DNA from: Macrostomum lignano
Lineage: Eukaryota
Length of the DNA stretch: 64,000 nt
Assembly (NCBI GenBank): GCA_002269645.1
Contig: NIVC01001680.1
Location: 186,001-250,000, forward strand
Direction of reading: 5' to 3'
The notes beneath the pieces are model-generated. The model was not told the origin of the DNA. It made no database searches and was given only the letters and a program-made list of their open reading frames with translations. The position numbers were made by a program, and so were the translations under genes. Positions 57,766 through 64,000 of this stretch are shown here, one piece after another; the stretch's first letter is position 1; every line of letters starts with the position of its first letter.

Positions 57766-58434
57766 ATGAGTCAATTTATGGACGTTGATGGAGAGTTAGC
57801 GATTTATAAAGAGAAGCAAAGATATTCTGATTTTGTTAGAAATTTACAAAAAAGAAAGTTAGGAATACAATTAGCTGGCGAAAGATTTGCTGCTCCTTTT
57901 GTTAATCCTATTACTGGGAAAATTAGTGAACTAGAAAAAACAGATAAAGATCTTCTGGAAAAAATTGCTAAAAATACGAGCCAAAAGAGGATGAAATTTT
58001 GGATGAGCCGCCTGCTTATGAGACTGATCAAGCAATATTTAGAGTTGCAGAAATTAGACGTGAAGAGATTAGGGGTGGAGTTGAACAATATCCGAGATGC
58101 ACCAACTAGTATTGCTGTGACAGATTTAGGTGGTGGTAATTATCGAATTGGTAACGTAGTTAAAGATCGAAATGAACTATATAGAGAATTGGGCGGAGCA
58201 TTTAATATTATTACGAACCCTAGGGTAAAATTTAACCCCGATTTATATACTAGGGATGAATTAATAAGTGCTAGAATTTTTTATGATGAGTTAGGAGGAG
58301 CTGTTAAAAATACCAGCTTGTATAAATGGATTGTTAATTCTATAAATAACAAACCAGCTGTTGGTGATGGATTTAAAACACCGCGAAAACTTGTTTTAGC
58401 TGCTGCGAAAGCTGCTGGACATACTGGAGTTTAA
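57766..58434 (+). CDS. Hypothetical Polinton protein (possibly PZ-like)
   Basis: 222 aa with DLYTRDEL and VGDGF motifs; assignment weak. Confidence 0.45.
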   Translation: MSQFMDVDGELAIYKEKQRYSDFVRNLQKRKLGIQLAGERFAAPFVNPITGKISELEKTDKDLLEKIAKNTSQKRMKFWMSRLLMRLIKQYLELQKLDVKRLGVELNNIRDAPTSIAVTDLGGGNYRIGNVVKDRNELYRELGGAFNIITNPRVKFNPDLYTRDELISARIFYDELGGAVKNTSLYKWIVNSINNKPAVGDGFKTPRKLVLAAAKAAGHTGV

Positions 58435-58461
58435 TTAATTGTTAAATTTATTTTTTATAAA

Positions 58462-59029
58462 ATGGATGAAACAAAAATTTGTACTACGTGTAAAATTGAG
58501 AAACCGATGACTAAAGAATTTTTTTGTTGGAGAAATGACACAAAAAAATTTAAAAATCTTTGTCGATCTTGTGAGAAAGTTAAATGCACTATGTGGAGAA
58601 TAAACAATAAAGATAAATGTAATAAATATGCAAAAAATAAATATCGCACTGATGAAAATTTCAAAAATATTAGTCTAATTAGAGCTAAAATAACTTGGGC
58701 ATTGAGAACTTTTCATGACAAACATTATATCTCATATCTTGGTTGCACAAAAGAATTCTTTTTGATTGGTTAAATTTCACAAGAAATTATTATGTTCCAA
58801 AAAATTATACTGGAAAGTTAGATATTGATCATTTCATTCCCGCTTCTTCATTTATTACAAAGACGATGATCAGATTAAAAAGTCTGAAAATTGGAGAAAT
58901 AAAAGATACTTAACTAGCGTAGATAATAACTATAAAAAAGTTAAACAACCAACAATTGAAGAATTTGCGAAACAATTGGTGCTATCATGTATTTTTAAGG
59001 CTATTAAAAATGAACCAAATAGTGTTTGA
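58462..59029 (+). CDS. Free-standing HNH-type endonuclease (frameshifted)
   Basis: N-terminal CTTC..CRSC, YLGCTKEFF(L)DW, DIDHFIPASSF, ENWRN..LTSVDNNYKK, as in NCLDV/phage HNH proteins. Confidence 0.75.
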
Positions 59030-59720
59030 AGGAGGATTTTTAGACTTACAAAAAGGATTAACAAGCTTACCACCAATCTTTACTACTGGGAGGTATACGG
59101 GTGAGCTACACCTACCATCAATGAACTTCACAGGTTAACCCGTGGCCTGAGTGAGGAAGCAATGTCCTTGCTAGTCACTATTTGTGGCGACATCTCCAAA
59201 TTGCGTGAAACCGTCATACAGCTTCAAGTACCACTTCAAGTGAGAAATCTTTTGAAGGAACAGAGGTAACTCCTCTTCCCAAAGAATAAAAAAGCTTGAA
59301 GACACGGTGGCAATGCGCAGCCAAGCTCCTAAGTATTTTAAATATAAGGAGAAGGTTCAGAGAGCAGACGGAGATGGGCGGTAATTATCGCCGCTTAAGG
59401 TGTGCTCCAGCCTCATTCGAAAGATTGAGGTAAACAGCCGGGGACTAGACTGGATTTAAGATTAAATCCTGACAATACTCCAAAATCTGATTCAATTCAA
59501 TAAATGGGATTGATTGGTTAGCATACTATCACGACTTAGCATATAGAGATGCTGACAAGAACCCGCCGAGGAAGCATTAAGATTAAAACATGAAGCCGAT
59601 CAAAAAATGATTCAAGGATTAGATAACTTGCAGGGATTATCGGTAGGTCAAAATTAACTAGGTGGATGGTTAAAAAGATCTTGCAGTCTAAAGTTAAATT
59701 TGGTTTGGGAATTAATTATA
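59010..59720 (+). CDS. Parvovirus-VP1u-like phospholipase A2 split by a group I intron
   Basis: Exon 1 59010-59135 ends ELHLPSMNFTG; exon 2 from 59438 reads PGTRLDLRL..(P)INGIDWLAYYHDLAY..KHEADQKM..KFGLG once single-base frameshifts are corrected. Confidence 0.85.
59136..59437 (+). ncRNA. Group I intron ribozyme, subgroup IC1 (302 nt, no ORF)
   Basis: 5' exon ends in U and pairs with IGS GCCTG (59145-49); intron ends in G. P3 CATCTCC 59191-97/GGAGATG 59370-76; P AAATTGCGTGAAA; Q AATGCGCAGCCAAG 59312-25; P7 GAGCA 59362-66/TGCTC 59403-07; P5abc, P6, P8 and P9 all pair. Confidence 0.92.
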
Positions 59721-59745
59721 ATCAACATGGAAATAATTGTGTTGA

Positions 59746-60083
59746 GTGTTTACTATTAAGTGGCGTGGGTTAAGTTCTGATGAGGCAAAGATTCTTCATA
59801 AAGAATATCGAAAACCTAAATTTTATAGAAAAATCATGAACTTCAAAAAGAATGAAATTTGGTATGCTGATTTAATGTCGATGCCGAAAGATCTGGGATA
59901 TAAATATATCTTAACCATATTAGATGGTTTTACTCGATACGCGTGGGCTGTTCCTTTAAATCCAAAAAAGGAGAGGATGTTGCTGCTGCTTTTAGAAGTC
60001 TTGGAGAAAAAGCGAAAGTTTGTGTGTTGACGAAGGAAAAGAATTTTACAATCCTACATGTATAAATTGTATCATTTTGAAAA
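59746..60083 (+). CDS. Retroviral-like (rve) integrase, truncated by the assembly gap
   Basis: ILHKEYRK..EIWYADLMSM..GYKYILTILDGFTRYAWAVPL..VDEGKEFYN. Confidence 0.9.
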
Positions 60084-60835
60084 NNNNNNNNNNNNNNNNN
60101 NNNNNNNNNNNNNNNNNNNNNNNNNNNNNNNNNNNNNNNNNNNNNNNNNNNNNNNNNNNNNNNNNNNNNNNNNNNNNNNNNNNNNNNNNNNNNNNNNNNN
60201 NNNNNNNNNNNNNNNNNNNNNNNNNNNNNNNNNNNNNNNNNNNNNNNNNNNNNNNNNNNNNNNNNNNNNNNNNNNNNNNNNNNNNNNNNNNNNNNNNNNN
60301 NNNNNNNNNNNNNNNNNNNNNNNNNNNNNNNNNNNNNNNNNNNNNNNNNNNNNNNNNNNNNNNNNNNNNNNNNNNNNNNNNNNNNNNNNNNNNNNNNNNN
60401 NNNNNNNNNNNNNNNNNNNNNNNNNNNNNNNNNNNNNNNNNNNNNNNNNNNNNNNNNNNNNNNNNNNNNNNNNNNNNNNNNNNNNNNNNNNNNNNNNNNN
60501 NNNNNNNNNNNNNNNNNNNNNNNNNNNNNNNNNNNNNNNNNNNNNNNNNNNNNNNNNNNNNNNNNNNNNNNNNNNNNNNNNNNNNNNNNNNNNNNNNNNN
60601 NNNNNNNNNNNNNNNNNNNNNNNNNNNNNNNNNNNNNNNNNNNNNNNNNNNNNNNNNNNNNNNNNNNNNNNNNNNNNNNNNNNNNNNNNNNNNNNNNNNN
60701 NNNNNNNNNNNNNNNNNNNNNNNNNNNNNNNNNNNNNNNNNNNNNNNNNNNNNNNNNNNNNNNNNNNNNNNNNNNNNNNNNNNNNNNNNNNNNNNNNNNN
60801 NNNNNNNNNNNNNNNNNNNNNNNNNNNNNNNNNNN
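60084..60835. other. Assembly gap (752 N)
   Basis: Run of N. Confidence 1.
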
Positions 60836-61172
60836 TAATAATTCATTTTTTAAATATTTTTTTCACATAAAAATTTCACTTTCATTCTCTGAATCACTGG
60901 TTTCATATGAACTATTTGTTGATTCGGAATCTGTTGATCTAACCTCCCAATCATCCGAATTTAAATAATCTCCAAGTTGAAATATTAACTCACCCTCTTG
61001 TTCTAATCATACATCTCATCTAGCTCTAATGGATAAAGTTTTAGGTCGTGCTTGTCGTCATATTTTAAATAAACTTCATCAATTATTCCATTCAAAATAT
61101 GTTGTTTTATTATCTCTGCATTTTTAGCAACAGTCTCAAAAGTATCACTAACAGAAAAGGTGTAAACTCGGT

Positions 61173-61495
61173 TCATTTTTTATAACAGAAAAAGACCCTT
61201 CGCGCCTGCGGCGCGTGCGACGGGTTCTAGAAAGTTTGTGTGTGTTGGAGAGAGTTGGAAGCGTTGACGATACAAAATACCCAGCAAACCATTCTCACCA
61301 TTGCAAACAATTTAACCCTTTATCAGTGTGAAATGGCCTGTTTGACCGAAATGAAGCGAGGATGAGCGAAGCGAGTTGAGCGAAGTGAAGACGAGCGAAA
61401 ATGAAGGGAAACAGGCCATTTCACACTGATAAAGGGTTAAATTGTTTGCAATGGTGAGAATGGTTTGCTGGGTATTTTGTATGGTATATACTACT
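61173..61495 (-). repeat. Right TIR containing a perfect 74-bp hairpin stem
   Basis: 61270-61343 is the exact reverse complement of 61409-61482; 65-nt purine-rich loop. Confidence 0.95.
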
Positions 61496-61581
61496 TCGGA
61501 CCTTGACTTAAAAATGCGAAAACCCCGTCTTCTACATTACGTTGAGCTATGCCCTTAACAATAATTGTACCATTCTTTCAG

Positions 61582-63942
61582 AGCCCATCTCTCCAGCGCA
61601 ACCTACCGCAATGCCACCCGCTGGTGGTGGCGGCGGCTCATCAGACGGAAGCGGAATTGGAACTAGCGGTGGATATCCTGCTGAATGTGAGTAATGTATA
61701 TTAAATGCTTACATAATAATATTAGGATTTTTTGTTGAAAAAGTGAATTTGGTTGGATTCTTTACACCAGATCCACTAAATTTGCAACTTTTCTAACGTT
61801 TGATCTTTTGATCTCTATAGCTGCAGATATAAAAAAGTATCATTGAACAATTTAAACTAAAGTTAGGATAAGTTACACGTAATAATTTAAATATTCAAGT
61901 TTATAACAAATTTACTAAACCGTTGAAAACGTTTCCGTGACAATAATTGCTAAAGAGTCAATTAAAATCACTCACTTAGTGACTCTAGCGACTGTGGGGC
62001 GACTACAACTTTTAAAAAACTCAAATCAAACGACTGTGATGCGATCGAGAGGCGACTGATTAGTTATGAGTGCATCACGCAAGTCACGCAGATGCGCTTC
62101 AGACGCAACTCAGTGATTCTACAGCGACTCTGACACGCCCCAGATACGACTCTACGACCCCAGAGTCATTGTAAAAGCGCCCCAGCGTCGCAGACAAAAA
62201 ACGTCTCAAATTGACTCTTAAACGACTTTTTTTGATGACTTTTTGGCGCAAGTGACCCTGGGACGCTTCTTGGCCTGGGTACCGTTTTCACCGGTTAAGC
62301 TTAGTGTGTCAATTGTGGTGGCAGCGGTGGAATTTCTAATATATAAATTGTATCCAAATGCAATCCAGACACAAAAGCGCCAGAAGCACGTCGAGTCGAT
62401 AGTAGCACGGTGGTCAATATCAGCTGGTGGACTCCAAATTCACAATTAATTAAATATTATCGAGTGCAGTACTGCGACACAGCCGCTTTGGTGAAACAGA
62501 CCGCTGGCACTAACGATATCGACTGTCCAGGCGAAATTCGCACCCTAGACGACATGGTACCCGCTACCGCTGGGACTGCGGTTTCCGCGCACGATTCCCG
62601 TCGCAGGTTACACGTTGTTTGGGCCGGCGCCCGACCAGGTAGGGTCTATCAATTTCGTTTAGCCTTTCATCTGGCCGCCATCACTAGTGACCGGTCGGAG
62701 TTCGGGCTCACCGATTGGAGTCGGCCGCCTGTTAGTTTTGCCGATATTGTCGGTCCACCGCCTAAGGTGAGTATCGGTTGCATGACTAATGAACAAGTGA
62801 CAGATAGGAATGAACTTAATGGGAATTGAAAAAGCTAGTTAAGGTGATTGAAACAGTTTATTTAGTCTTAGGATTTTTAGAGACAGACTGTTATGACGCA
62901 GCATCTTGTGGGCTACATGAGGTATACAAGATAACGTTACGGCTCGTACATCTTCATGAAGTCAACTTTATAAACTCCTTGTATTTTTTATCTACTCTTG
63001 ACTTACATGATCAATATGCTTATTTAGTGTAGTAGAGTTAACTTGGTAGATCGTTCAGACTGTCTATAATCTGGCTGTCAAGCATTTTACGATTCAAAAG
63101 CTCCCCTACCACTGCTGTAGAGGAAAAGTACCAGCTAAGTTGTTACATTAGAAAATAAGCTACTACTGCTATTACTTATCTAATGATTTTTAAACATTCA
63201 GATAACCGACGTGCCAAGATTTAGCTCCGACGAGCCGCTTAAGTGGGCCTATGATGCTTCTTCTGACGCGGTCGCAGTCGGTTTCGTAATCTGGGCCAGG
63301 CGTCAGCTGGAGAATGGAACTAATCAGTACACAAAGTACCGAGTGGGTAACGGCTCGGCTAGGCAATACTATTTCTACGATTTGCAGCCGGGATACCAGT
63401 ACACCCTGCGCATGTTTGCCGAATTAGAGTTTAGTGACGGCCGCGCTTCCGGATCTAATGAGGATCGTCTGTTAAGGTCGCCAGACAGCGCCGCGGTCAG
63501 CCTGAAACTTCCTATCGGACTCGATAAATTTCCGAATGGGGACAAAAGAAATAAAAATGATTCCGAATCAAATGCTGGGCCGAAACACAACATGGTGCTT
63601 ATACTGTTGGTTAGCGGCTTAATAGCCCTGCTGGTTCTTCTAGGCTTAGGCCTGCTTGGATTTTGCCTGTTACGGAAATGGCGGACCAAACATCGACGAT
63701 CGGCTTTGCCTAGTAAGTTTAACGATTGCGTATTGTATTAATATTTAATTTAGATGACGAGGCATTTGGCTTTTCATTGCATAAAGTTGTATGGTTAGTT
63801 TACGTTGAGCTAATATTTTATTTAGTAGTGATAATTAAGTGTCAATTTATAGACTTTTTACGTTTAACTTTAATACTTCATTCGTATTAAAATAATTCCA
63901 AAATTCTCGCAGACGACTCGTGGAGTAATAACATTACCTATG
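61582..63942 (+). CDS. Type I membrane receptor with FN3 domains (internal exons only)
   Basis: Exons 61582-61686, 62369-62766 (VNISW..YYRVQY..YQFRL), 63202-63712 (YDLQPGYQYTLRMFA; TM LILLVSGLIALLVLLGLGLLGFCLL then RKWR), 63913-63942. Confidence 0.75.
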
Positions 63943-64000
63943 GTGAGAGCCGTATCAACGGATATACAGTAAAATATTGTTCTCGTATAGATTCCTTAGT

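Noticed and set aside
59134-59437. Reading the PLA2 insertion as a spliceosomal GT..AG intron
   Set aside because: GT at 59134 to AG at 59437 removes 304 nt, shifts the frame and destroys the GPG motif. The group I boundaries (302 nt) restore the frame, and a full ribozyme core is present.
60020-60870. ORFs of 266-272 aa
   Set aside because: Artefacts of translating through the N gap.
61915-62299. Possible MITE with a 17-bp imperfect TIR and GCGACT-rich interior
   Set aside because: The TIR has two mismatches and no TSD could be established.

Overview
Eukaryotic (animal) genomic DNA. GC-rich exons and introns filled with 18-34 bp minisatellites resemble a flatworm such as Macrostomum (inference). 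Host genes: a disrupted FkbM-type methyltransferase, ZFR, a non-coding snoRNA host gene with 13 intronic copies of one box C/D snoRNA, an LC8-type dynein light chain, a progranulin with six near-identical granulin units, a Suv4-20 H4K20 methyltransferase, the 3' half of an SLC17 transporter and part of an FN3 transmembrane receptor. At 44136-61495 lies a near-complete ~17.4 kb Polinton/Maverick (adintovirus-like endogenous DNA virus). It carries fold-back TIRs, pPolB, fibre, adenain protease, penton, A32 ATPase, DJR major capsid, HNH nuclease, PLA2 and rve integrase. The top observation is a 302-nt IC1-type group I intron (59136-59437) in the conserved G-P-G loop of the viral PLA2 gene, directly downstream of a free-standing HNH endonuclease. 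All calls come from motif recognition by eye; no database searches were run.
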